Assembly (NCBI GenBank): GCA_043827025.1 | Contig: JBDRPL010000010.1 | Location: forward strand, 18,837-82,836 | Reading direction: 5' to 3' | Length of the DNA stretch: 64,000 nt | Source: Candidatus Micrarchaeota archaeon | GTDB taxonomy: Archaea; Micrarchaeota; Micrarchaeia; Anstonellales; Bilamarchaeaceae | Shown here: in pieces, positions 41,640-51,993 of the stretch | Layout: each line of letters opens with the position of its first letter | Position numbering within the stretch: position 1 is the stretch's first letter | Notes under the pieces: generated by a model | Told to the model about the DNA's origin: nothing | The model's database searches: none | What the model saw: the letters and a program-made list of their open reading frames with translations, nothing else | Made by a program: the position numbers and the translations under genes

Positions 41640-44600
41640 AATCTTTACACTTAAGAAATACCGGAAATTCACATGGAAGACACTCAACTAGAGGAGTAAT
41701 AAAATCCACATTGGTAGCAGCAGGAGGAAGCCTAATCGGATTAAGTGCAGTTTCTGTCCTTTCTGGTTGTCTTGATACGTTGAAGCCTTCAGGCACTTTC
41801 ATTGAAAATCAAATTCTTTGCGGAGTTACACCTGATGGAAAATCCGCTTATCTCATGGATGGCGGAAAAATTATCGAGGAAACTCGTAAAGATAAGGAAT
41901 GCAAGGGCATTGAGGCAGTGTCAATTCCTTATTGTGAGGATGGCGAAGTTAAAACAAGGGAAGAAAGTTGCAAGGATCAGGGAAAAAGATGTAACAATAC
42001 TACCAAAGAATGCGGTGATGCAGAGGTAGTGTGTACTGATTCCAATGGCAGCGTCCTAAGGACTCTTGGAGACGAAGTTTTGGAAAGCAAGCCAAAGAAA
42101 GAATGCGCCCCTGATGGAAGCGCAGTCATAGATAGGCGCTGTGGGGATGACAAACAAATAGCTGAAACACAAACTTCATGTGTTGAGGGTGAACTTTGCG
42201 ATCCAGGCCCTTTTGCATGCAAGGAAATCCAATTATGCGAGGTTTCGCCTGATGGAAGTATAAGCGTGACAAAAGGCATTAATGTAACTACTGTTGTGCC
42301 TGAATGCGACCTGAACGGTACGTCTTATTCGAGACCACGTTGCGATGGAGATAGGCTGGTTCCAGAAAATATCAATTGTCCTGAGACGCATGCGTGTACG
42401 CCAGGACCTTTAGATTCATTGAATCCAAGATGTGACATTCCTGTTGACAAGTGCAACACTCGGCCAGATGGTTCTGTTGTCCAGATCTCTGGAGGCCAGG
42501 TGGTTGCAACTGAAATCAAAAGATGCGTAGATGATTCAGTAGTAACTCCAAGGTGCGACGGAAATCAAATTGCCCGCGATACTGAAGTCTGCGATGAAGG
42601 CAATCATTGCGAGGAAGTAAGCGTTACATGCCAGGTAAATCTTAATTGCGAGTCTCTTGGAGGCGGAAGGATTCGTGTAACAAACGGAACAAATGTACGT
42701 GAAGACAGTCCTGTTTGCCGTGAGGGTAGAAGATCAAGAACAGTTCCGGCATGCAATGGCCAGGTTCCGCAAGATCCTGTTCCTGTTGAAAACTGCCCAG
42801 TAACCCATGATTGCGATGAGTTGGAAGGTACGTGCAGTGTTCCTGTTGTTTTGTGCAGTGTTCGTGGAAATGTTGGTACTGTTACTGTTGCAGGAGAAGT
42901 TCAGGAGGATAAGACTAGACAAAAAAGATGCAGTGATGATGGAAATTCTGTTTTGATTCCTTATTGTTCAAGTTCAAATAGTTTGGATGTTGAAGAAAGA
43001 GAAACTCAATGTAGTGCAGGAACTCAATGCGATGCTGGTACTTTGGCATGTGAAACTATACGCGCATGCCAGCCCTTGCCTAATGGGGTAGGGATAAGAG
43101 TAACCGAAGGCACAAATATCAGTGACATTGGCCCAGACTGCAGTGATGATTTAAAATCCCGTACTGCTCCTGTGTGCGACGGGGATGTTGCCCAGGTTCC
43201 TGTTCCTACAGTAGACTGCCCAGTAACCCATGATTGCGATGAGTTGGAAGGTACGTGCAGTGTTCCTGTTGTTTTATGCACTGAGAGGCCAGATGGTTCC
43301 GTTGTCCAGACCGAGGCAGGAAATCCCATTAAAACAGAATCAAAAAAATGTGATCATAATTCAGTGGTAACTCCGAGATGCGACGGAAATCAGATAATGC
43401 TTGATACACAACCTTGTCTTGATCATTTTGCATGCGATGCTGGAACAGTTTCATGCAAGCCGTTAACTGAGTGCGTAGTTGATGGTGGAACTGTTAGGCT
43501 TTTAGAAGGAGGCCAGGAAATACGTTCGGAAACAAGTGGTTGTGATGGAAATACTGTCGTGACTGCAAGCTGTGCAGGAAACCAGATAAATTTAGCTCGT
43601 CAGGACTGCGTTGCACCTAATTTTGAATGTAATGCAATTGCATTGGGTTGCGATCCTGTCACTAGGTGTACTGCGTCAAATGGATCTGCACGTGTGACTA
43701 GAGGTGTGGAAACAATTGAAGAGCAACAAAGAAGGTGCAGCGAAAACCAGAGGTCTGTTTTGAATTTCACATGTGATGGGAATCAGATAGTTAGTGATCA
43801 ACAAAATTGTGATCCTGGATTTGCATGCGGGCTTCAGGGGGGAACAGTTGCTTGCTATCCTACCAGTGCAAGATGTTTTGAGGACAACGGCTCTGCAGTT
43901 CTGTTGGATGACGAAGGTCAGCCAGTTGAAGCGTCTAGAAGAACTCCAGAATGTGATATAGGTACCAACGTATTGACAACCTTCAGATGCAATGCAGAAG
44001 GCCAGATCATTTCAAGTCCGCAGGCATGCGGGAATGCGCTGGATTTTGCATGCAATTCAATTAACAGATCTTGCGACCCTCTTTCAAGATGTATTCTTGA
44101 CAGGGGAGTTGGAAAATTCCTTGTAGGGGGAGTGGAGCAACCTGAACATACTCTTATAACGAATTGTGATGGAAATGTCCTGCAGGTTCCATTATGCCAG
44201 GTGCAGGACCAGCCGCCAGTACTTGATGACACCGACTGTAGGGAAACAGGTATATGCAATGATCTAGCTGCGGTTTGTGATCCAAAAAATGACTGCAGAA
44301 TAAATGCTGACGGGTCTGCACAGCTTTTTGTCGGTGGAGAACCAAATGGACAACCAGTTTCTGTTCAGTGTGAGGATAATATAATAAGAATCCCAATGTG
44401 CGTTGTTGATGATGCACAAAATTCTGCAAGTGTGACTGTGATTGACAGGGCGTGCGGTGTGAATCATGAATGCAGTGTCGAGGAAAGGACATGTCTTCCT
44501 AAGCCAGGGTGTACGCCTGCTGGAAATGGCACTGTAGTCCTGACTCTTGGAGGTCAGTTTATAGGGATAGAATCTCCTGCATGCGAGGGCAACGATGTGC

Positions 44601-46477
44601 GTTCATTTAGCTGTAATATTGATGGAAGTTATGAAAGTTATTTAGAGTCCTGTGGTGATCCACTGGATTTCAGGTGCAGCAATGCCAGATGTGAACCTCT
44701 TACACGTTGTATTGAATCAAAGGATGGTGATGAGGTAGTACAGAGTGCAGTTCAGATGGTTGGTGGTGTTGCTCAGGATGCAACAAGAAAAGAAAGGCAG
44801 TGTGCAAATGCTACAAGTATCAGCGTGCCCCAATGCGAAGGAACAACACCTGTTCATGCAAGAGTGGATTGCGCTCAGCACAATGAGTGCGATGATGTGT
44901 CAAAACAATGCATTCCATTGACAGAATGTCGCGTGAATTATTCAGGAGGTGTGCCTGTCATGGCAGAGCAAACTCTGGGCGGTCAGCCGAACGGTGTTTA
45001 TGAAGAAAGAAGGTGCTCGAACGGAGCTGTTTTGCTTGTTCCCAAGTGTACAAATGAGGCGCCAGATACGGATGCTGTTCAATGCGGTGCAGAACAACAG
45101 TGTTCTGTCAGAAACGAAATTGCAAATTGTTTTTCTGCAGATGCAATATGTGTTCAGGATGGCGATCAGACATATTTTGCGGTTAATGAAGTTGAAGTTG
45201 CTGGAACCAGAAGAAAACCGTCGTGTATGGATGGTATTGATGCTTATGGAAACAAATATCGCGTTCTGAAGCCAAGGTGCGATGGGGATGTTGAGGCAAA
45301 TTGTGCTGAAACTGAAAATTGCCTGACTCAGGATGGAATTGGTTCATGCCAAGAAGCTTCGGTTGTTTGCGAACAGTTGCAGGATGGAACTGGAGTAATA
45401 AGAAGACAAGCCAGAACATTATTTGAACCTGTTAAACATTTTTGCCAGGATGCATGGTCATGGGTCAGAAGGATTTGCAATGTAGATCAGTCTTATGGCC
45501 AATCGCAAGTAATTCCTTGTCCTAATGAAACAGACGTATGTGTTGAGCCAGGTGATGTTGCATCATGTATAGAAGACACTCCTGTTTGTACTGTTGACGG
45601 TGTAAATCATACAGCAACAGAAGCACAAGGAAGAAAAATTACTGTAGTGACTAGTGAATGTTCTATAGATAGGAGGGCACTTGAAAATGCGGAATGTGAT
45701 TTACAAGAACAACACGCAATATCCAATTCGGTTTCTTGCGATGCAGGTGCAGCATGTAATCCCCAGTCATTATCCTGTGAAGCTGTCAGTGATATTCTAA
45801 GTGGCTTGGTTCTAAGATTGCCTTTTGATTCTGTAGATGCAGGTATGACTGCAGCTGTTGTGTATGATGGAAACGGAAACCCAATCCAGACGCTTCAGGC
45901 AACTGTTAGCGGGCCAGTCCTTGCTGAAGGGATAGTTGGCAGTGGCGCCCTTTCTTTTAACGGAATCAATGATCGTGTTTCTGTACCACCTATTATTTCG
46001 AACATAGGTAAGGACTCATTCACTGCGTTATGGTGGGTCAAAATGCCTGCAGGGGATGTAGGAACGAGACGTATTTTCATGAGTAATATCGGAGTACCTG
46101 GAATTTCAGGCCAATTTAGCTTTGAAGCCTATAATCCTGACAAGTCTTATGTATGGTGGACATCATCACCTCGTGAATTCATGTCATCTGGTAATCTAGG
46201 CATCAAGGATGGCAATGTCCATTTAATTGCATATATACGAGATAAGCAAAATAATAAATGGCAAATATTCAAGGACGGAGAGATTTTCTACGAATATTTG
46301 GCAACTGCGGGTTCGGATATTCCTATGACTGATCCTGGTTTTGCAATTGGCTGGTTCAGCCATGCAGGTGCTGATCAGGGCATTTCCTTCTTTGGAGTAA
46401 TGGATGATGTGAGGCTGTATGGGAGGGTTTTAACTCCTCAGGAGCTTCAAACCGTTCTTTCCTTAGGGACTTTCTAA
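41636..46477 (+). CDS. Large Cys-rich repeat lipoprotein with C-terminal LamG/concanavalin-like domain
   Basis: VLSGC lipobox; roughly 65-70-aa six-Cys repeats; ALSFNG...SFTALWWVK...GVMDDVRLYGRVLTPQEL. Confidence 0.8.
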   Translation: MKSLHLRNTGNSHGRHSTRGVIKSTLVAAGGSLIGLSAVSVLSGCLDTLKPSGTFIENQILCGVTPDGKSAYLMDGGKIIEETRKDKECKGIEAVSIPYCEDGEVKTREESCKDQGKRCNNTTKECGDAEVVCTDSNGSVLRTLGDEVLESKPKKECAPDGSAVIDRRCGDDKQIAETQTSCVEGELCDPGPFACKEIQLCEVSPDGSISVTKGINVTTVVPECDLNGTSYSRPRCDGDRLVPENINCPETHACTPGPLDSLNPRCDIPVDKCNTRPDGSVVQISGGQVVATEIKRCVDDSVVTPRCDGNQIARDTEVCDEGNHCEEVSVTCQVNLNCESLGGGRIRVTNGTNVREDSPVCREGRRSRTVPACNGQVPQDPVPVENCPVTHDCDELEGTCSVPVVLCSVRGNVGTVTVAGEVQEDKTRQKRCSDDGNSVLIPYCSSSNSLDVEERETQCSAGTQCDAGTLACETIRACQPLPNGVGIRVTEGTNISDIGPDCSDDLKSRTAPVCDGDVAQVPVPTVDCPVTHDCDELEGTCSVPVVLCTERPDGSVVQTEAGNPIKTESKKCDHNSVVTPRCDGNQIMLDTQPCLDHFACDAGTVSCKPLTECVVDGGTVRLLEGGQEIRSETSGCDGNTVVTASCAGNQINLARQDCVAPNFECNAIALGCDPVTRCTASNGSARVTRGVETIEEQQRRCSENQRSVLNFTCDGNQIVSDQQNCDPGFACGLQGGTVACYPTSARCFEDNGSAVLLDDEGQPVEASRRTPECDIGTNVLTTFRCNAEGQIISSPQACGNALDFACNSINRSCDPLSRCILDRGVGKFLVGGVEQPEHTLITNCDGNVLQVPLCQVQDQPPVLDDTDCRETGICNDLAAVCDPKNDCRINADGSAQLFVGGEPNGQPVSVQCEDNIIRIPMCVVDDAQNSASVTVIDRACGVNHECSVEERTCLPKPGCTPAGNGTVVLTLGGQFIGIESPACEGNDVRSFSCNIDGSYESYLESCGDPLDFRCSNARCEPLTRCIESKDGDEVVQSAVQMVGGVAQDATRKERQCANATSISVPQCEGTTPVHARVDCAQHNECDDVSKQCIPLTECRVNYSGGVPVMAEQTLGGQPNGVYEERRCSNGAVLLVPKCTNEAPDTDAVQCGAEQQCSVRNEIANCFSADAICVQDGDQTYFAVNEVEVAGTRRKPSCMDGIDAYGNKYRVLKPRCDGDVEANCAETENCLTQDGIGSCQEASVVCEQLQDGTGVIRRQARTLFEPVKHFCQDAWSWVRRICNVDQSYGQSQVIPCPNETDVCVEPGDVASCIEDTPVCTVDGVNHTATEAQGRKITVVTSECSIDRRALENAECDLQEQHAISNSVSCDAGAACNPQSLSCEAVSDILSGLVLRLPFDSVDAGMTAAVVYDGNGNPIQTLQATVSGPVLAEGIVGSGALSFNGINDRVSVPPIISNIGKDSFTALWWVKMPAGDVGTRRIFMSNIGVPGISGQFSFEAYNPDKSYVWWTSSPREFMSSGNLGIKDGNVHLIAYIRDKQNNKWQIFKDGEIFYEYLATAGSDIPMTDPGFAIGWFSHAGADQGISFFGVMDDVRLYGRVLTPQELQTVLSLGTF
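42792..43275 (+). repeat. Exact 61-bp direct repeat (42792-42852 and 43215-43275) within the Cys-rich gene
   Basis: actgcccagtaacccatgattgcgatgagttggaaggtacgtgcagtgttcctgttgtttt occurs twice; encodes CPVTHDCDELEGTCSVPVV. Confidence 0.92.
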
Positions 46478-46530
46478 TTTTTGTTTTAATAACATCTCAT
46501 TTTTTATTTTCTTTTGATTAATGATTTGGC

Positions 46531-47058
46531 ATGCAGGACATACGCGAGCTCTTAGTTCTTCAAATAAAGGAAAACGGGATTTCATCTAGTGCATACTCTT
46601 CGTTGACTGAACACCGGAAGGGCATGCTTGAACCTGTCGAAGGTAAGTATTTCCTCAAGAAGGAATTCCGCTCCAAATTCAAGGTCGTAATCACAGGCGG
46701 AGCATTTGATATCCTTCATGCAGGCCACATATTCGCATTGAATGAAGCGAAAAAATACGGTAATTTCCTTGTGCTGGTTGTTGCAAGGGACGAGATGATC
46801 TTAAAAAAAGGAAGACAGCCAGTGCATAATCAGGAGTATCGTGCATTTATGCTTGACTTTCTGAAGCCTGTTGACCTAGTGCTTCTTGGCAAGGAACATC
46901 CTAAGGAAATTTTTGATCAGGTCAAGCCCGATGTAATTGTTTATGGCTATGATCAGCACGAGATAGTGAATGCTTCGAATGGCGTTGAAGTTGTTAAACT
47001 AAAAGAGCATTTTGGAGGTTTCAAGACAAGCAAGATCATAAAAGATCTTGGGACATGA
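46531..47058 (+). CDS. ribL: Cytidylyltransferase-family protein, likely archaeal FAD synthase
   Basis: GGAFDILHAGH, VVARD, KPDVIVYGYDQ, KTSKII. Confidence 0.75.
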   Translation: MQDIRELLVLQIKENGISSSAYSSLTEHRKGMLEPVEGKYFLKKEFRSKFKVVITGGAFDILHAGHIFALNEAKKYGNFLVLVVARDEMILKKGRQPVHNQEYRAFMLDFLKPVDLVLLGKEHPKEIFDQVKPDVIVYGYDQHEIVNASNGVEVVKLKEHFGGFKTSKIIKDLGT

Positions 47059-47121
47059 TCAGGAAATCTTGAACGCTTACGCTACTATAAGCTTTTAAAT
47101 ATTCATTGATTAATTTTTTTT

Positions 47122-47466
47122 ATGTTAGGCCTCTTCAAACCCTCTTTCAAAGAGCAGGAACCTTCTGAAAAAACCGAAGAAAGAACGACATCCAAAGCGC
47201 CTGAGTTCAAGGAATTGATAAAGGATGCTGAGTATGTAAAGCTTGAAAATGATTTTGTTAAAAAGGGCTTTACAAGAAGGGGAATAAGGGAATTGTTCAG
47301 GGTTACAACTGCACTCCACACCGAAAGGAAAAAATCTATGCGGGCTGCAAAAGATATTTTGCTGGGCCTTAAGGGCGAGGATGGCTTATCTAAAGTATTG
47401 GGTGCATTGAAGCTTGCAACAGAAGGCCTGGATTCCATACTGAAAGGGCGGAACAGGAACAAATAA
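47122..47466 (+). CDS. Hypothetical protein
   Basis: 114-aa ORF with an AT-rich upstream region. Confidence 0.5.
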   Translation: MLGLFKPSFKEQEPSEKTEERTTSKAPEFKELIKDAEYVKLENDFVKKGFTRRGIRELFRVTTALHTERKKSMRAAKDILLGLKGEDGLSKVLGALKLATEGLDSILKGRNRNK

Positions 47467-47536
47467 TTCTTCGATTATCCTTGTCCATCATTACTCTTTT
47501 TAAATTATTGTTCTCTACATTTTATCTCAAGTTCAA

Positions 47537-47693
47537 GCCTCGGTAGCTCAGTCGGTAGAGCGGCTGACTGTTAAGGCCCCTTTTCTTTGCAAAGAAAAGG
47601 CCCCTGGGTTCAAAAGAAACCTAGAGGTTTTCGTCTAATCGATTTGGGGTCAAGGACATCAGCAGGCCAGAAGTTCAAATCTTCTCCGGGGCG
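47537..47693 (+). tRNA. tRNA-Asn(GUU) with 84-nt canonical 37/38 intron (47574-47657)
   Basis: Acceptor gcctcgg/ccggggc; anticodon stem gctga/tcagc around ctgtta|a; T-loop ttcaaat; BHB-like junction with ggcccc/ggggtc intron stem. Confidence 0.93.
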
Positions 47694-47719
47694 TCAATTA
47701 CATCTGATTAGCCTTAGCA

Positions 47720-47757
47720 CTGGAGATAAGAGAACCCAAAGTTCTCTGTGTCTCCAG
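47720..47757. other. Strong hairpin downstream of tRNA-Asn, between convergent transcripts
   Basis: ctggagata-agagaac-ccaaa-gttctct-gtgtctccag. Confidence 0.7.
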
Positions 47758-47762
47758 GCGAT

Positions 47763-48302
47763 CTATTTTTTATCTTTTTTAAAATGGGATATCATATATT
47801 TTGGCACATCCTTGTTTTTAACCATTTTTTTAGCCTTATCCTCGACAGTTAAAAACTCTTTCGTACCAAAATGATGTGTAGCTAAGACCTCGATTGCTTC
47901 TTTTATTGAATTTTCTACTGAGTACCAACCAAAAAATTCACCCGTTTTAATAAGTTTTTTAGTTTCTTTGAAATCCTTGTTCTGTTCAATAACTACTACG
48001 GGAATTAGTTTATGCGATAAAGCAGCAGCGGTAGTTTTATGGCCACCATCAACAAGGAAATATTCAGCACCAGGGTGATCTTCAAGAAACTTTCTTAAGA
48101 GTCTATTATATTGTGCAGATTTAAAATTTTGATCATTTAAGTAAGGGATGCCTAAGGATTTATGTATGACTGGACAAGGCGGTAAAATTTTACCCTGGTT
48201 TTTCATGAATATTCTAAAATAAATTCTAAGAATATGTTCGTTGTACACAGGATAATCTCTTAGGGTAATTATTTGCCAAGGATGTAATAATTTGTTCTTC
48301 AT
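47763..48302 (-). CDS. Hypothetical protein with ParB/sulfiredoxin-like motif
   Basis: LPPCPVI...YFLVDGGHKTTAA...IPVVVI resembles the DGxHR motif. Confidence 0.5.
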   Translation of the reverse strand: MKNKLLHPWQIITLRDYPVYNEHILRIYFRIFMKNQGKILPPCPVIHKSLGIPYLNDQNFKSAQYNRLLRKFLEDHPGAEYFLVDGGHKTTAAALSHKLIPVVVIEQNKDFKETKKLIKTGEFFGWYSVENSIKEAIEVLATHHFGTKEFLTVEDKAKKMVKNKDVPKYMISHFKKDKK

Positions 48303-48406
48303 GATTTGAAATATTGTCTTCGTCTTTAATAACTTTATTGTTGGCCATTAGTTTAACCTCCTGCAAAAATCCCAAGCTGTTTAAATAATTTTCTTTCCCT
48401 ATCCTA

Positions 48407-49732
48407 TTGATACTTATGTCAACCTTAGGATTTGAATTTGAATTGTTTCTTCTTAATAATGAAGGAAGAGTTGTCAATGAGTCAGACAGGGTAATGAAAG
48501 AAACAAAAGTTGATTTTTTTGTAAAAGAGATTTCAGAGTCCATGGTTGAAATAAGGGGAGAGCCTCATCTCCAGGTAAGGGGCATCCTAAGGAACTTTTT
48601 CGAAAATCTTGAAAAGCTCATTGAAATTTCCCAAAGGATGGACCTTTATTTTTATCCCTATGGGACATATCCTGGGAGGTCTTCGCCAAATTTTCGAAGT
48701 TCGACATGGTATGACACTATAAAAATGAATTTTGGATCAAGAGCCATTGAGATCTTTCCAAAAGTATGCGGGTTTCATTTTCATTTTTGTGCGCCCCCCG
48801 GGATTATTTCGGATCCAAGTGGGGAAATGGATTTTTCATTTGCAGTTAAAAATAAGAAAAAAGTGGACATACTTCTTGGATTATATAATTTTTTAGTTGC
48901 TGCAGACCCTGCAATAACGACTTTCATGCAATCCTCCCCATTTTTCGAAGGAAAATATTATGGCAAGGACAGTAGGATGGTGGTTTGGCGCAACTTCTCC
49001 AAGAAAGATGGGTTTCCTGTCGATGGCCTTTTTCTCAAGCATCCTCAATTCAACATTTTGCCCTCTTATAAGGATTCGGTGTATTCCATTAGTGACTCAG
49101 CTAGAAAAAATAAAGAATCATGGCTGGAGATGGTCGATAATTATTCCCATAATCTTGATCCTGAACTGATCCAAAGGCCATCTTTGAAATATGGCTGGGG
49201 CCCGGTTAGGGTCAATCCTATTGGGACTTTAGAACAGCGAGGGATGGATATGAATACTCCAATGCATGTTTTGGGGGTAAGTAGCCTGCTTAAGAGGATT
49301 ATGAAACCTATTTTTCATGGCGAATTAAAAGTTGTTGTTGCGGATTTTGCCATTAAGGAACCCTTCAAAATAGAGGGCGACACGATCTACATTCCTCCTT
49401 TTGAGCATGTTTATGATTTACAATTTGATTCAGCAAGGGATGGATTTGATAGCCCTAAAATTTATGAATATTGCAAGGCATTTTACCGTTCTGCCATGAA
49501 ATTAAATTCAGCCAACAAGATTCTTGTTAAAGAAATTGTGCACATGATTGAAAAAAATAAAACAAAATCCGATGATATTATCGCCATTGCAGGTAAAAAA
49601 GGTGTTGATTTGAAAACTGCAGAACCTTCCAACGAAGTCTGGGCATCCATAGCACTCAATCTGTCACACAAATTTTATGAACAGTCCCAAGAGGCCCTCA
49701 AATTGATTGGTGACAATTTTGAAGTAGCCTAA
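48407..49732 (+). CDS. Glutamate--cysteine ligase family 2 (GCS2/YbdK-like) carboxylate-amine ligase
   Basis: TLGFEFELFL, KE..SMVE, GTYP, GFHFHF, SSPFF.G, DSR, GTLEQRGMD. Confidence 0.8.
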   Translation: MILMSTLGFEFELFLLNNEGRVVNESDRVMKETKVDFFVKEISESMVEIRGEPHLQVRGILRNFFENLEKLIEISQRMDLYFYPYGTYPGRSSPNFRSSTWYDTIKMNFGSRAIEIFPKVCGFHFHFCAPPGIISDPSGEMDFSFAVKNKKKVDILLGLYNFLVAADPAITTFMQSSPFFEGKYYGKDSRMVVWRNFSKKDGFPVDGLFLKHPQFNILPSYKDSVYSISDSARKNKESWLEMVDNYSHNLDPELIQRPSLKYGWGPVRVNPIGTLEQRGMDMNTPMHVLGVSSLLKRIMKPIFHGELKVVVADFAIKEPFKIEGDTIYIPPFEHVYDLQFDSARDGFDSPKIYEYCKAFYRSAMKLNSANKILVKEIVHMIEKNKTKSDDIIAIAGKKGVDLKTAEPSNEVWASIALNLSHKFYEQSQEALKLIGDNFEVA

Positions 49733-51120
49733 CTTTCAATTATTTTCTTATAAATTTCCGCCAAGATATACAAACTTTTTGTTGTTGCATGCTCATAGCC
49801 CCTATGGTCATTTCCACCTATTGGGCCAATTTCGACTGCTGGAATGTCCTGTTCCAGGAAATAGCAGGCATCAGACTGCCCTTTGTTTTCAGATCCTTTC
49901 TTTGTTTTGCCATATACTTTTTTTGCTATGCCTTCAATCTCGCTTGCCCATTTTCCATCTGATTTAAGGGTTCTTTTTTTACATATAAGTTCTATGTCCT
50001 CTATCCCACAACTCTTTGCTACGTTTCTTAAATACTCGTTGATCCCTTCAGTATCATCATCCATTATCCTTATGTCCAGATAAAATTTTAGTGCTTCACC
50101 GCTATGCTCAAGCCTGTTGCATGATATTGACGTTCCATATCCTGATTTTTCAGACCCAAAATCAAATACTTTCAGCTTATTTATGAATTTCAGCAGCTTG
50201 TCAATTGCAGGGTTTGTTGTGTCGTTACCATCAAACCAAACTCTTCCATGCGCAGGAACGACATTTGAAGGGCTTTCCCTTATTTTTCCTTGTTCCAGGT
50301 AACCTAATTCAATATCGCTCAGCCCCCATATCTTTCCGTTTACATAATCTTCTGCAATTGCAAATAGCGGATGTTTAGCCTTTCCTTCCCTGAATCGTTC
50401 TATGGAGAATTCAGAGCTGTGGAGTGATTGCCCGATATAAGTTCTTGCCATCAGCTTCTTGCCCTTTTTTTCACCAGGGATCCTCACTTTGAACATATAT
50501 TGTGCCCTTCTTTTAGTCGTTATGTTCAATTCAGTTGATTCTCCAACTATCGCATTTGTCCTTTTTTGGTCAATTGATTTTTCTTTTATTATTTGTTCAA
50601 GGGTTCTTTTGGTCCCTTCTCCCCTTGTTTCTTCATCAGGGACAAACATGAAAATTATCCTTCTTTTCATATTTCTTTTTTCTGCGCATTCCATTGCAGC
50701 CAGCATTGCGGCAACGCTTCCTTTCATGTCATATACTCCTTTTCCAAAGAATACATGCTTATTTTCGTATTCACCTTCAGTCAAGGTAAAATCATTCCAA
50801 TTGTCACTATCTATTACAACGTCGTAATGTCCGTTGAATATGACCGTTTCTTCTTTGTTGCCAATACGCCCTACCAATGTGTCAAGTCCATTATAATTAT
50901 ACTTTTTGACTTCCAATCCCATTTTTTTCATATTTTTTTCAAGGTAATCGACACATTTCTTCATTTCTTCATTATAACTCTTAGCATCAACACTTGTCCT
51001 AAATTGCACTAGGTTCGCTAAATGAAATATTGTCCTTTCCTGAATGTATGGCCTTGATTTTTTTACTATCCTCCTGAAAATCCCAACCAGTTTCAAACCT
51101 AATTCTTTAATCATTCCCAT
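49729..51120 (-). CDS. M20/ArgE/DapE family metallopeptidase
   Basis: NGHYDVV, GKGVYDMKG, PDEE, GE, SDA, H..YE. Confidence 0.88.
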   Translation of the reverse strand: MGMIKELGLKLVGIFRRIVKKSRPYIQERTIFHLANLVQFRTSVDAKSYNEEMKKCVDYLEKNMKKMGLEVKKYNYNGLDTLVGRIGNKEETVIFNGHYDVVIDSDNWNDFTLTEGEYENKHVFFGKGVYDMKGSVAAMLAAMECAEKRNMKRRIIFMFVPDEETRGEGTKRTLEQIIKEKSIDQKRTNAIVGESTELNITTKRRAQYMFKVRIPGEKKGKKLMARTYIGQSLHSSEFSIERFREGKAKHPLFAIAEDYVNGKIWGLSDIELGYLEQGKIRESPSNVVPAHGRVWFDGNDTTNPAIDKLLKFINKLKVFDFGSEKSGYGTSISCNRLEHSGEALKFYLDIRIMDDDTEGINEYLRNVAKSCGIEDIELICKKRTLKSDGKWASEIEGIAKKVYGKTKKGSENKGQSDACYFLEQDIPAVEIGPIGGNDHRGYEHATTKSLYILAEIYKKIIES

Positions 51121-51222
51121 TACTTAGGAACTTGTTCTTAATAGTTTAAAACATTTGGTTTATTTTCAGGGCCTTCAGGAATTAACAGAATGTTTATAAA
51201 TATCGTTTCAGAGTTCTTTTAG

Positions 51223-51450
51223 TTGGTGAAAACTATGGTTGATAAGACGGTAAATCTTGATACTGAGATCGATAAGGTTAAAAAAAAGGTTGTGGAACTG
51301 GAAAAAAAATTAGACCTCAAGGTTAGTGAGGGAAAAACACTCGTACGCTCCAAAGAACACGATGTTGAGCAATATGTCAAGACGAATCCGATGCAGGCAG
51401 TTGGAATTGCATTTGCACTGGGGTTCTTCTTGGGAAAATTATCAAAGTGA
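51223..51450 (+). CDS. ElaB/YqjD (DUF883)-like tail-anchored protein
   Basis: EQYVKTNPMQAVGIAFALGFFLGKL. Confidence 0.8.
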   Translation: MVKTMVDKTVNLDTEIDKVKKKVVELEKKLDLKVSEGKTLVRSKEHDVEQYVKTNPMQAVGIAFALGFFLGKLSK

Positions 51451-51541
51451 TTTGACTTGAATACAAACCTTTTGCTGCGCAGGTGGTCTTTGCAAACTAA
51501 TATAAACGTTCATTGCGTTCCCTACATACTACGGTGATAAT

Positions 51542-51700
51542 ATGGGAATGAGCAAAAAAGACTTATCAAGGAAGAAAGCCAATCTCAAGGCAAAGCTGGT
51601 GGAGCTTGAGGCAAAGGCGAGGATGGATCCTATGAAAAGGAATGTGGTATTACATCAGGAACTTGAGCAGATAAAAAAGAAGCTTGCAGAATATGAGTAG
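51542..51700 (+). CDS. 52-aa basic coiled-coil protein (below the ORF-track cutoff)
   Basis: MGMSKKDLSRKKANLKAKLVELEAKARMDPMKRNVVLHQELEQIKKKLAEYE, preceded by a ggtga SD-like motif. Confidence 0.75.
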   Translation: MGMSKKDLSRKKANLKAKLVELEAKARMDPMKRNVVLHQELEQIKKKLAEYE

Positions 51701-51780
51701 CTTTTCCAAACAAGAACGTTTATAAATTTTGTTTTTGAGTTCTAAATTAGATAATAACCAAAAAAACAGGTGGTAAAAAT

Positions 51781-51993
51781 ATGGCAGTTGACCTAAACGC
51801 AGAACAAATGAAAAGAAGAATTATTGATTTGGAGAAGAAACTGGCATCCAACGTATCTTCCAGAGTAGCGCACGGAAGAGAAGTGGTCATGGAGAGAGAG
51901 CATGATGTAGAAGAATATGTAAAGGCACATCCGATGAAATCAGTAGGGATTGCATTTATGGTCGGATTCATGCTTGGAAAAGCAACTAAGTGA
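51781..51993 (+). CDS. Second ElaB/YqjD (DUF883)-like protein
   Basis: EEYVKAHPMKSVGIAFMVGFMLGKA; ggtgg SD-like motif. Confidence 0.8.
   Translation: MAVDLNAEQMKRRIIDLEKKLASNVSSRVAHGREVVMEREHDVEEYVKAHPMKSVGIAFMVGFMLGKATK

Noticed and set aside
47587..47874. 95-aa plus-strand ORF
   Set aside because: Overlaps tRNA-Asn and the opposite-strand gene
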